A stretch of DNA of 47,581 nt from the NCBI GenBank assembly GCA_964646775.1, contig CAZYEZ010000002.1, positions 1-47,581 of the forward strand, in the 5' to 3' direction. The notes beneath the pieces were generated by a model. That model did not search any database, had not been told where the DNA came from, and saw only the letters and a list, made by a program, of their open reading frames with translations. The stretch is from an uncultured Chitinophagaceae bacterium. Lineage in GTDB: Bacteria; Bacteroidota; Bacteroidia; Chitinophagales; Chitinophagaceae. Position numbers and translations under genes: made by a program. This document shows positions 18,422-26,638 of this stretch, one piece after another (within the stretch, counting starts at the first letter, position 1; each line of letters starts with the position of its first letter).

Positions 18422-19261
18422 TTAACCGACGGCTACGCGCAGGAAGTCGACGACCGTCAATCCATCGGAAACGGATTTCAGGTAGGCCTCTACCGTTTTC
18501 TTGTTATCTTTCACGAAAGCCTGTTGCAACAAGGTATTTTCCTTAAAGAAGGCGTTGATTTTACCTTGGGCAATTTTTTCGACGATATCTCCGGTCTTGC
18601 CTTCAGCCTGGATTTGTTCCATGGCAATGGCCTTTTCCCGGTCAATAACTTCCTGGGAAATCCGGCTGGCGTCCACAGCTAAGGGGTTCATGGCCGCGAT
18701 TTGCATGGCAACATCCTTTCCTGCCTCCAGAAGATTATCCTGAGGAGCCTGGTTCAATCCGACCAGCACGCCAATACGGTAACCGGCGTGGATGTAAGGA
18801 ACCACGGTTTCGGCGGACATTTGCTCGAAGCGAACGATGTCAATTTTCTCTCCAATTTTGGCCACTACTTCTAGGAGTTTTTCTCCCAAAGTGGCTCCGT
18901 CCATGGGCAGCGCTTTCAGGGCATCAATATCTTTTACCTCGGATTCAAGGGCCATGTCGGTGATTCGCTGTGCGAAATCAATGAACTCTTGGTTTTTGGA
19001 TACAAAATCGGTTTCTGCACTCAGGTTCAGGATAACTCCATAGTTATGGGCGGCATTGGCCTGGGCCATAACAACCCCTTCTTTGGCCTCTCTGTCGCTG
19101 CGGTTGGCGGCCACTTTCTGGCCTTTTTTGCGCAAATAATCGATGGCTTTCTCGAAGTCTCCCCCACTTTCAATGAGGGCCTTGCGGCAATCCATCATGC
19201 CGGCTCCAGTTTGCTGACGAAGTTTGTTTACCTCTGCCGCAGATATGGTTACACTACTCAT
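18422..19261 (-). CDS. tsf: Elongation factor Ts
   Basis: The UBA-like N-terminus is VNKLRQQTGAGMMDCRKALIESGGDFEKAIDYLRKKG. The core contains ...NLSAETDFVSKNQEF. Confidence 0.97.
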   Translation of the reverse strand: MSSVTISAAEVNKLRQQTGAGMMDCRKALIESGGDFEKAIDYLRKKGQKVAANRSDREAKEGVVMAQANAAHNYGVILNLSAETDFVSKNQEFIDFAQRITDMALESEVKDIDALKALPMDGATLGEKLLEVVAKIGEKIDIVRFEQMSAETVVPYIHAGYRIGVLVGLNQAPQDNLLEAGKDVAMQIAAMNPLAVDASRISQEVIDREKAIAMEQIQAEGKTGDIVEKIAQGKINAFFKENTLLQQAFVKDNKKTVEAYLKSVSDGLTVVDFLRVAVG

Positions 19262-19328
19262 GCTTATCTATTTAAAAATTAATTAAATGCAGTTGATCGC
19301 TTTACGGTTCAAATTTTTCATAGGAACC

Positions 19329-19355
19329 GGAAAGCCCCTTTGTTTCGGGGCTTCC
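19329..19355 (-). other. Intercistronic hairpin between rpsB and tsf
   Basis: GGAAAGCCCC / GGGGCTTCC forms a stem with one bulge. No clear U-tract follows, so it could be an attenuator or a processing site. Confidence 0.35.
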
Positions 19356-19386
19356 AGAAAGATGTTGGGCCTAAATAAGGCAAGTT

Positions 19387-20277
19387 CTATGACTTTCTAG
19401 TACCCGCGTTTCTACCCGCTCCGGAACTGCGCTGGCCACCACGGCTTCCCGCTCCTCTTCCTGTACCTACGCGACGGCGCTCGCCTCTTTCTGTGCTATC
19501 CGAGTCCTCGTCGCTGATGTTTTCGATGGCAGCGGTGGTTTCGGCGCTGGCTTCTTCGGCAGCTTCTTCCTCTTCCTTATTTTGGGCGCGCTCCTGGAGT
19601 CCTTCCATGACCGCGTTGGTCAGGTAGTCCACGATGATGGCAATGGATTTCGTGGCGTCATCATTTGCGGGGATGGCAAAATCCACTTTGGAAGGATCCG
19701 AGTTGGTATCCACCATAGCGATGGTGGTGATTCCCAAACGACGGGCTTCTGCCAAGGCAATATGCTCGTGAGAAATGTCTACCATAAATAAGGCAGCAGG
19801 CGTTCTTCCCATTTGAGAAATACCGCCAAGAACCTTTTCCATTTTGTCGCGGCTGCGCGTCAGGGTTAGCCTTTCCTTTTTGGTTACGCTATCCATGGTT
19901 CCATCGGCAAGCATTTTGTCGATGCTTTGCATCTTTTTCACGCTTTTACGGATGGTTTGGAAGTTGGTTAACATCCCTCCCAGCCATCTTTCCGTAACAA
20001 AGGGCATGTTGACCCGGGCGGCCGCTTCGGAAACAATTTCCTTGGCTTGTTTCTTCGTGGCCACGAACATGATTTTTTTACCGCTTCTTGCGATGGATCT
20101 CAATGCATTGGCCGCTTCTTCCAGTCCGTCAATGGTTTTATTGAGATCGATGATATGAATGCCATTCTTCTCCGTGAATATATAAGGGAGCATCTTGGGA
20201 TTCCACTTCTTCTTCAGGTGGCCAAAATGAACTCCGGCCTCAAGAAGTTGCTGATGCAGGCTTTTATTTTCTTCCAT
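19387..20277 (-). CDS. rpsB: 30S ribosomal protein S2 with an acidic then Arg/Gly-rich C-terminal extension
   Basis: The S2 core contains [28 protein letters not shown] and [10 protein letters not shown]. The extra tail is ...[12 protein letters not shown]...[33 protein letters not shown]. Confidence 0.97.
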   Translation of the reverse strand: MEENKSLHQQLLEAGVHFGHLKKKWNPKMLPYIFTEKNGIHIIDLNKTIDGLEEAANALRSIARSGKKIMFVATKKQAKEIVSEAAARVNMPFVTERWLGGMLTNFQTIRKSVKKMQSIDKMLADGTMDSVTKKERLTLTRSRDKMEKVLGGISQMGRTPAALFMVDISHEHIALAEARRLGITTIAMVDTNSDPSKVDFAIPANDDATKSIAIIVDYLTNAVMEGLQERAQNKEEEEAAEEASAETTAAIENISDEDSDSTERGERRRVGTGRGAGSRGGQRSSGAGRNAGTRKS

Positions 20278-20322
20278 ACTGGTATTTTCTTTCGATTAGA
20301 GTTGAGCGAAATGATGCGGAGA

Positions 20323-20712
20323 TTAACGTTTGGAGAACTGGAAGCTCCGACGGGCTTTCGCCTTTCCGAATTTCTTCCGCTCTACAGAACGGGGGTCGCG
20401 GGTCATTAAACCTTCCCGCTTCAGCAAGGGTCTGAACTCGGGATTTTCGATGCAAAGGGCTCGGGCTATTCCCAGCTTGATGGCCTCGGCCTGTCCTTTG
20501 GGTCCACCCCCCTGAACGTTGATCTTGATATCATAGGCAGAAAGGGCATCTACAACCTTGAGCGGTAGCTCTACCTGATTCTGCAGATACATAATCGGGA
20601 AGTACGAGGTATACTCTTTTTCGTTGACCATGATCGATCCCGTTCCCTTGCTCAGATAAACCCGGGCAATGGCTTCTTTTCGACGACCAATGGCGTTTTG
20701 TTGCTTTTCCAT
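20323..20712 (-). CDS. rpsI: 30S ribosomal protein S9
   Basis: It contains GRRKEAIARV, GGGPKGQAEAIKLGIARAL and the C-terminal ...RDPRSVERKKFGKAKARRSFQFSKR. Confidence 0.97.
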   Translation of the reverse strand: MEKQQNAIGRRKEAIARVYLSKGTGSIMVNEKEYTSYFPIMYLQNQVELPLKVVDALSAYDIKINVQGGGPKGQAEAIKLGIARALCIENPEFRPLLKREGLMTRDPRSVERKKFGKAKARRSFQFSKR

Positions 20713-20741
20713 GCAGTTTCTCTATAATGAGGGGTAAAAAA

Positions 20742-21185
20742 TTAAAAGTTTAGCGTTTTGGGCTTTTGGGCCTGATGCGGATGCTGATCGCCCTCATAAA
20801 CGAACAGTTTCCTGTACATAGCTCTTCCCAGGCGGTTCTTAGGCAGCATGCCCTTTACCGCCTTTTCCACGACGGCATTCGGCCGGCGTGCCATCAGCTT
20901 TTTAGGTGATTCTGCTTTTTGTCCGCCCGGATAGCCTGAATAGGTCAGGTATTCCTTTTCGGTGAATTTGTTGCCCGTGAATACGACTTTTGCCGCATTA
21001 ACCACGATCACGTAATCCCCCGTATCGAAATGAGGCGTGTAATAGGGTTTATGCTTTCCCCGCAGAATAGAGGCAATCCGGGTGCACATGCGTCCGACGG
21101 TTTGATTGGTTCCGTCGATGACATACCATTCCCTTTTTACCATTTTCTCATTGGCAGAGGGCGTTTTAAAACTTAGGTGTCTCAT
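20742..21185 (-). CDS. rplM: 50S ribosomal protein L13
   Basis: It contains REWYVIDGTNQTVGRMCTRIASILRGKHKPYYTPH, GDYVIVVNA and SGYPGG. Confidence 0.97.
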   Translation of the reverse strand: MRHLSFKTPSANEKMVKREWYVIDGTNQTVGRMCTRIASILRGKHKPYYTPHFDTGDYVIVVNAAKVVFTGNKFTEKEYLTYSGYPGGQKAESPKKLMARRPNAVVEKAVKGMLPKNRLGRAMYRKLFVYEGDQHPHQAQKPKTLNF

Positions 21186-21289
21186 TACTAATGATTAATA
21201 AAAATTTTGTTTCTATTGGAGCCCAGGGCCCGTCCCGAATTTTCCTGGTTTAGACGTAAAAGACATCCTAAGAAGGAAATTTGGGATGG

Positions 21290-21297
21290 CAAAGGTA
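21290..21297 (-). promoter_or_regulatory. Candidate -7 box (TAccTTTG) for the ribosomal protein operon
   Basis: It is the only perfect TAnnTTTG match between the upstream terminator and rplM. It implies a leader of about 100 nt. Confidence 0.4.
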
Positions 21298-21399
21298 ATT
21301 CTAACCCTTGAGTACAACAAAAAATTGATTAAGAATTTTTATGGCTATGACATAACTCATTGAATATCAGGGGATATTTCGGACAAAAGTTTTCAACAT

Positions 21400-21447
21400 A
21401 AGAAAGGGCGCTCCTTTCATTTTGGGATGAATAGAGCGCCCTTTCTT
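21400..21447 (-). terminator. Long hairpin downstream of the M2 peptidase gene
   Basis: AAGAAAGGGCGCTC (21400-21413) pairs with GAGCGCCCTTTCTT (21434-21447) as a 14-bp perfect stem with a 20-nt loop. It begins about 30 nt after the stop. No canonical U-run follows. Confidence 0.55.
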
Positions 21448-21477
21448 CAAAATTCGGGATCAAACCCCGGGATTCCA

Positions 21478-23301
21478 TTAAAAAGGAGTGGATTCCGGGA
21501 GGGTATGAGTCCTGCCCTGGTTCTGCGCTTTGAGCCAGGAAACCAGTGGATCGAAATAAGCCAGCATTTCTTTGGCATTCAACTCAGAGCCGGTGGATTC
21601 TTCGAGGACGACGCGCCAGTCTTTGGATGCACCGGAGGACATAATCCCGGTAAGGAAGTCCCCAATTTCTTTTCGTCCGTAGTAATTGGTCGCCCGGGGA
21701 TTTTCTCCCAGAATGTTTTCCGCGATATGGTTATGCAACTGGTAGAGAATCACATAGGATAAGGCGTAGTCATAATACTGGGCCGGATCGTCGTTGATAT
21801 GGGTTTTGGTGGCCGCATCGCAGTAGCGCTCGTCGCGGGCAGACGGAGGTACGATCCCCTGATATTTCAGGGCAAGATCCCACCAGGTTTTATTGAATTG
21901 GTCTGCGGACAGCTGATCGACATATAAGGATTTCTCGAAATGGCTCATGGTGCCCGCGGAAAAGAAAATGAAAACCACGGAGTTCAGTGCCTCTTTTAGT
22001 AGAGTTTGAATGCTGTCAACCTGGGCGGATTCCGGTACCAGTCCGCGGGCGACGAGGTAAGGCTTTTGCATGGCTGCCATACCCATCATCGTTCCGATGG
22101 CTTCATGATAAGCGCGATTGGCTCCGGCCCGCAGCAGGGGAGGTACCGATTTGTTGGAATAGGCCATATAATAATAGATATGCCCGAGTTCATGATTCAC
22201 GGTTTCGAACCACTCCGCATTGGGCTCCACGCTCATCAGGCTTCGCACATCTTCCTGGAGGTCCATATGCCAGGCCGAGGCATGGTTGTTTTTCTTCACG
22301 GAAGAGTCTGCCGGATAAGGGTAAAGGCTCGATTTTTCCCAGAATACGGCGGGAAGTTCGCGGAATCCTAAACTGGTATAGAGCTTTTCCCCTTCTTTCA
22401 TGATCCATTCAGCCGACTTCTGAGAAAGTACCGAGTCCACATTCATACCTTCGACGGAGACCACCGGGGACCAGTCTTGACCCCAGCGGTTGGGCAGCCA
22501 GTGGGCGGGCAGGTAAGAAGGAACTTCATCAACCCCATAGCGTCCGGATAACTCATAGCGCATCCAGGTATGGAGCTCCCGGTAGAGTGGATAAAGCTCT
22601 TCCATAAGTCTTTCCATGGTCTCCATCATTTCCTCGGTTTCCATACCATAGTCGCTGACTTGATAGGAGAAATAATCATCATAACCCAGGGCCTGAACCG
22701 TCTGATTCCTTAGATCCCGAAGCTGGGCCAGCCCCGGCTTCAGAACGGGACCTACTTCTTTGCTGGCCTCCCAGGCCTGCAAGCGGCGGGTGATATTCGT
22801 CTCATTCTTTAAAATTTCGTCGAGCTGGTTCGTAGATACTTTCTCTCCGTTCAGCTTATACTGAAATCCGTAGAGTTTTTGGACTTGTTCGTTTTCGGCA
22901 GCAATCCGCTGATCCACGGTCTCCTGGATCGTTTGGGGGTTGTTCGCCGCCATGTATAGGATGCTTTCCAGCTGTTTGACGTCTATATAGGACAACTCAT
23001 CTTTATAGCCCAATAAACGCCGGGCTTCTTCAATATTTTCTATAGATCCGGTAAAACGGGCCATTTCTTCATCGGCGAGTTTTGCCCGGGCCATATTAGT
23101 GGTATCTGAGGCAATGATTTCAATATTTGCTTTCCACTGCGCCTCGGTAACCTGGGCATATTTATCTAAAAATTCTTGGGTGTAGGCCGCTAGAAACTGG
23201 GCGACTTCCTGTTGATGCCTGCTTTTCTGCATGTCGCTGGATCCACAGGCGGCGAGAGCCAGACAGAAGCAAGCGACCAGGACATTGGTTGCTCTTGACA
23301 T
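21478..23301 (-). CDS. M2-family peptidyl-dipeptidase (angiotensin-converting-enzyme-like) lipoprotein
   Basis: The zinc site is VNHELGHIYYY plus YHEAIGTMMG, the ACE-type HEXXH...EAIG arrangement. The lipoprotein signal is MSRATNVLVACFCLALAACGS. I chose the start at 23301 over the ORF-track start at 23400. Confidence 0.85.
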   Translation of the reverse strand: MSRATNVLVACFCLALAACGSSDMQKSRHQQEVAQFLAAYTQEFLDKYAQVTEAQWKANIEIIASDTTNMARAKLADEEMARFTGSIENIEEARRLLGYKDELSYIDVKQLESILYMAANNPQTIQETVDQRIAAENEQVQKLYGFQYKLNGEKVSTNQLDEILKNETNITRRLQAWEASKEVGPVLKPGLAQLRDLRNQTVQALGYDDYFSYQVSDYGMETEEMMETMERLMEELYPLYRELHTWMRYELSGRYGVDEVPSYLPAHWLPNRWGQDWSPVVSVEGMNVDSVLSQKSAEWIMKEGEKLYTSLGFRELPAVFWEKSSLYPYPADSSVKKNNHASAWHMDLQEDVRSLMSVEPNAEWFETVNHELGHIYYYMAYSNKSVPPLLRAGANRAYHEAIGTMMGMAAMQKPYLVARGLVPESAQVDSIQTLLKEALNSVVFIFFSAGTMSHFEKSLYVDQLSADQFNKTWWDLALKYQGIVPPSARDERYCDAATKTHINDDPAQYYDYALSYVILYQLHNHIAENILGENPRATNYYGRKEIGDFLTGIMSSGASKDWRVVLEESTGSELNAKEMLAYFDPLVSWLKAQNQGRTHTLPESTPF

Positions 23302-23341
23302 ATAATATTTTTTAAGTTTCCCGCGTAAATATAGTAATATT

Positions 23342-24652
23342 TCAGCGTGATCTGCCCGAAAATGCCCAAATAAAATCAACCAAAAGGTCTCCAAGATCAT
23401 GGATCCGGTTAAGTCTTACCTGGTCAGGAAGGTCAAATACACTGTGGTAGTGCGGATTGTTTCCTTGCGCATAGATAAATACGGCAGGTACGGATTTCCT
23501 CGCAAAGGAATAATGATCGCTGTTCCGGGTTTGCTCCCGAGCTCGGATGGCAGGAAGGCGTCGATTTACCGTATTTAAGGAATCCAGGAGGGCAAAAGCC
23601 TGCTTTTCCTCCAGTCCATTGACGACGGTGATGCCGTTTTCTGCATCGGCCGTCATATCCAGGTTGACCACCATCCGAATGTTTTCGAGGGGCAATCGGG
23701 GATGGTCACAGAAATAAGCGGAACCAAGGAGTCCCAGCTCTTCGCCGCTAAAAAACAGGAAGGCCACCGAATAAGGAGCTGGACGCCGCGCTATTTGCTC
23801 GGCCAGGCTTAAACAGAGAGCTGTCCCGCTGGCGTTGTCATGGGCACCGGCAAAGAGGGTCTGATGCCCCATGCGTCCCAGATGGTCATAATGCGCTGTA
23901 AAGACAATGAATGAATCGGGATAGACGGTCCCCGGAACATAGGCCATTACATTCTGACTGGAATAGTCGGGAACCCACTGGGATTCAATGCTGGCTTCAA
24001 GGCGATCGATGGTTTCAGGAAGCGCGGAATCTTGAACATAAACGAGGTTCGTAGGCTGTTGATCCATGCGCGCTAACCAGATCATCTTTTTGGAACGGGG
24101 CAAAATATACAGCCCTCGGGGGAACTGGCCAGGGGCGGAACGCAGGCTCCATCCCAGGTAGTGAACGGGGGTGTCCAAGTCCCGAATTACGTGAACCTCT
24201 CCGGGGTGGAAACGAGCGCTTAATTGTGCCCATCCTTGGGTGTCCCGGACGCTGGCCGCTGAGTAGGATTTCGGATTGCGGGTTTTCCATCGGCCCCCTT
24301 CCGCGGCCGCATCAACGAGGTAATCCTGGCCGGGAATCAGCGTTTTTCCGTTGATTTTCAGGGAAATCTTCCCCTCAAACTTGTTGACCGGAAAAGAATA
24401 GGTTTGAAAATACCCGGTATCTCCAGGCAGGGGAGCCAGTCCCATATCCTGCAATTGCTGGCGCAGATAGACGGCGGCTTTGAGGTCCCCCTGCTGGTAG
24501 TATCCTCTACCGTGCATGGAGGGGGCGCTGAGCTGATCAATATGACGAAGCAGGGTGCCTTTTTCTGTTTGGCCCCAGCTGGGCCCTAGGAAAATAAGGA
24601 GGAGAGCTAGGGAAACGAGTCCGCGAACGGCGCCAAAGGGGATCGATTTCAT
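23342..24652 (-). CDS. Secreted M28-family metallopeptidase (aminopeptidase-like)
   Basis: The signal peptide is MKSIPFGAVRGLVSLALLLIFLGPSWGQ. M28 motifs are TAHYDHLG, GAHDNASGTA, FFSGEELGLLGS and HYHSVFD. The MKS start at 24652 forms an ATGA overlap with the upstream KAS stop. An alternative start lies at 24664. Confidence 0.8.
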   Translation of the reverse strand: MKSIPFGAVRGLVSLALLLIFLGPSWGQTEKGTLLRHIDQLSAPSMHGRGYYQQGDLKAAVYLRQQLQDMGLAPLPGDTGYFQTYSFPVNKFEGKISLKINGKTLIPGQDYLVDAAAEGGRWKTRNPKSYSAASVRDTQGWAQLSARFHPGEVHVIRDLDTPVHYLGWSLRSAPGQFPRGLYILPRSKKMIWLARMDQQPTNLVYVQDSALPETIDRLEASIESQWVPDYSSQNVMAYVPGTVYPDSFIVFTAHYDHLGRMGHQTLFAGAHDNASGTALCLSLAEQIARRPAPYSVAFLFFSGEELGLLGSAYFCDHPRLPLENIRMVVNLDMTADAENGITVVNGLEEKQAFALLDSLNTVNRRLPAIRAREQTRNSDHYSFARKSVPAVFIYAQGNNPHYHSVFDLPDQVRLNRIHDLGDLLVDFIWAFSGRSR

Positions 24653-25872
24653 GAATCTGTCCATTTTTTTACGATCAGCGATGAGTTGGTCCCTCCAAAT
24701 CCAAATGAATTGGAAAGGAAACAGTCAAAGGGTTGAACAAGGGTCTCGTGGATAATCCGGATTTTTTCCGAATGCTCATCGGGGTTGTTGAAATTGATAT
24801 TGGGGGCGATAAAATTATTCTCCATCATGATCATCGAGTAGACAATCTCACTGGCTCCGGCCATCCAGCACTCATGGCCCGTCATTGATTTGGTGGAACT
24901 GATGGGAACCTCGGAGCCAAAGACTTGATAGAGGGCTTGAGCTTCACTGGCATCCCCGGTAGGGGTGGAGGTCGCATGGGCGTTTACATAGTCAATATCC
25001 TGGGCGGATATTCCGGCGTCCCGAAGGGCCTGACGGATGGACCAGACCTGGCCATCTACGCTGGGGTTGGATATATGTTGCCCGTTGGAAGAGAACCCGT
25101 AACCGGTAAGTTCAGCCAGGATGGGTGCTCCCCGCTCTTTGGCGGACTGGAGACTTTCAAGCACGAGGGCCGCCGACCCGCCCCCGGGTACCAGCCCGTC
25201 GCGATCCCGGTCAAAAGGCCGGGAGGCCGCCATGGGTTCCTGTTCCCGAACGGAAAAGGTGCTCAGCGCATCGAAATTAGGCATAGACAAGGCGTTGACC
25301 TCCTGGGCGCCTCCACAGAGCACTCTTTTTTGCAACCCCTGCCGAATAAGCAAATAAGCCATGCCTAAGGCATGCGAACCCGAAGCGCAGGCCGCCGAAA
25401 GGGTAAAGTTTATGCCTTGGATGCGGAATATGGTGGCCAGGTTCATGGTCACGGTGGAATTCAAAACCTGAAATACCGAGCCCGAGCCCACCAGCATGGT
25501 ATCTTTTTTTTCCCGAATCAGGTCTATGGCTTCAATCACGGGTTTGGCTGAACTGTCGTTCCCGAATAAGATGCCTGTATCTCTACTTTCCAGTAATTCC
25601 GGGGGTAATTGGGCCTGTTCAATGGCCTCGCAACTCGCCAGATAAGCATATTCCGCCTGCTCGGGCATCATAACCCGGGACCGGCGATCCAGCAAGCCTT
25701 TTAGGTTGGGCCGAGGGACATAGCCCGTCAGGGCAGAACGATATCCCATTTTCTTTCGCTCCGGATCGATGACGATGCCCGACCGACCGGCGTAAAGTGA
25801 ATCTTTAACGGCAGCTTTTCCTATCCCGAGACAGGAATAGATTCCCATACCGGTAATAACCACACGCTCCAT
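24649..25872 (-). CDS. Beta-ketoacyl-ACP synthase, KAS I/II (FabB/FabF) type
   Basis: The start is MERVVITGMGIYSCLG. The active-site Cys lies in LSAACASGSHALG, and the two His lie in NAHATSTPTGD and KSMTGHECWMAGA. The C-terminus contains SNSFGFGGTNSSL. Confidence 0.9.
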   Translation of the reverse strand: MERVVITGMGIYSCLGIGKAAVKDSLYAGRSGIVIDPERKKMGYRSALTGYVPRPNLKGLLDRRSRVMMPEQAEYAYLASCEAIEQAQLPPELLESRDTGILFGNDSSAKPVIEAIDLIREKKDTMLVGSGSVFQVLNSTVTMNLATIFRIQGINFTLSAACASGSHALGMAYLLIRQGLQKRVLCGGAQEVNALSMPNFDALSTFSVREQEPMAASRPFDRDRDGLVPGGGSAALVLESLQSAKERGAPILAELTGYGFSSNGQHISNPSVDGQVWSIRQALRDAGISAQDIDYVNAHATSTPTGDASEAQALYQVFGSEVPISSTKSMTGHECWMAGASEIVYSMIMMENNFIAPNINFNNPDEHSEKIRIIHETLVQPFDCFLSNSFGFGGTNSSLIVKKWTDS

Positions 25873-25888
25873 AGTCCCAGTTTGAAAT

Positions 25889-26638
25889 TTATGTATAGAG
25901 CCCCCCATTTACGGAGATAACCTGCCCTGTAATATAGCTGGAATTTGGGGAAGCCAAAAATCCCACGACGGCCGCCACTTCTTCTGGTCTTCCGAAGCGT
26001 CGCATGGGGATTGCATTCTTCCACTGCGATGGATCCAGGTCGGCGACCATGTCCGTCTGAATGAAACCAGGAGCCACCGCGTTGACGGTAATATTCCGAC
26101 GGGCAACTTCCTGTGCCAAGGCTTTGGTCATACCAATAATCCCCGCTTTGGCTGCCGAATAATTGACTTGACCGCTCATTCCCTTAAGCCCGCTAAGAGA
26201 GACCATATTGATGATACGCCCCGAATGGCGAAGAAGCATGGGAGTCAAGAGCTTTCGGGTAATCAGAAAGCTGCCGTGAAGGTGGGTGTCCATCACCTTA
26301 TGCCATTGTTCATCGCTCATAGACATAAGGAGCACATCTTCCCGGATTCCGGCATTATTCACCAGCACCTCAATGGGTGTTTCGGCATGGGCTTCCATCC
26401 AGGAGTCTAAGGCCTGCTCCATCTCCGCTTTATGGCGAACATCGAACTTTAATAGCCAGGCTTGACGACCGGATTGCCGAACCAGCCTGGCGGTTTCTTC
26501 CGCCGCATCCTGATTCCCCTGGAAGTTTATAATCAGGTCGTAGCCATCCTGAGCCAGCTGAACACAGCATGCCCGCCCAATGCCCCGGGATCCACCGGTG
26601 ACCAAAGCGACCTTGGTACCTTGATTGTTCATTTTCAT
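25889..26638 (-). CDS. fabG: 3-oxoacyl-ACP reductase (classical SDR, FabG-like)
   Basis: It contains ALVTGGSRGIGRA (TGxxxGxG), NNAG, and the S...YSAAK catalytic motif. Its ATG overlaps the upstream lyase stop (ATGA at 26635-26638). Confidence 0.9.
   Translation of the reverse strand: MKMNNQGTKVALVTGGSRGIGRACCVQLAQDGYDLIINFQGNQDAAEETARLVRQSGRQAWLLKFDVRHKAEMEQALDSWMEAHAETPIEVLVNNAGIREDVLLMSMSDEQWHKVMDTHLHGSFLITRKLLTPMLLRHSGRIINMVSLSGLKGMSGQVNYSAAKAGIIGMTKALAQEVARRNITVNAVAPGFIQTDMVADLDPSQWKNAIPMRRFGRPEEVAAVVGFLASPNSSYITGQVISVNGGLYT

Noticed and set aside
21427-21762. A 111-aa plus-strand ORF that starts inside the terminator hairpin.
   Set aside because: It runs antisense to the conserved C-terminus of the M2 peptidase, and its start lies inside a 14-bp stem.
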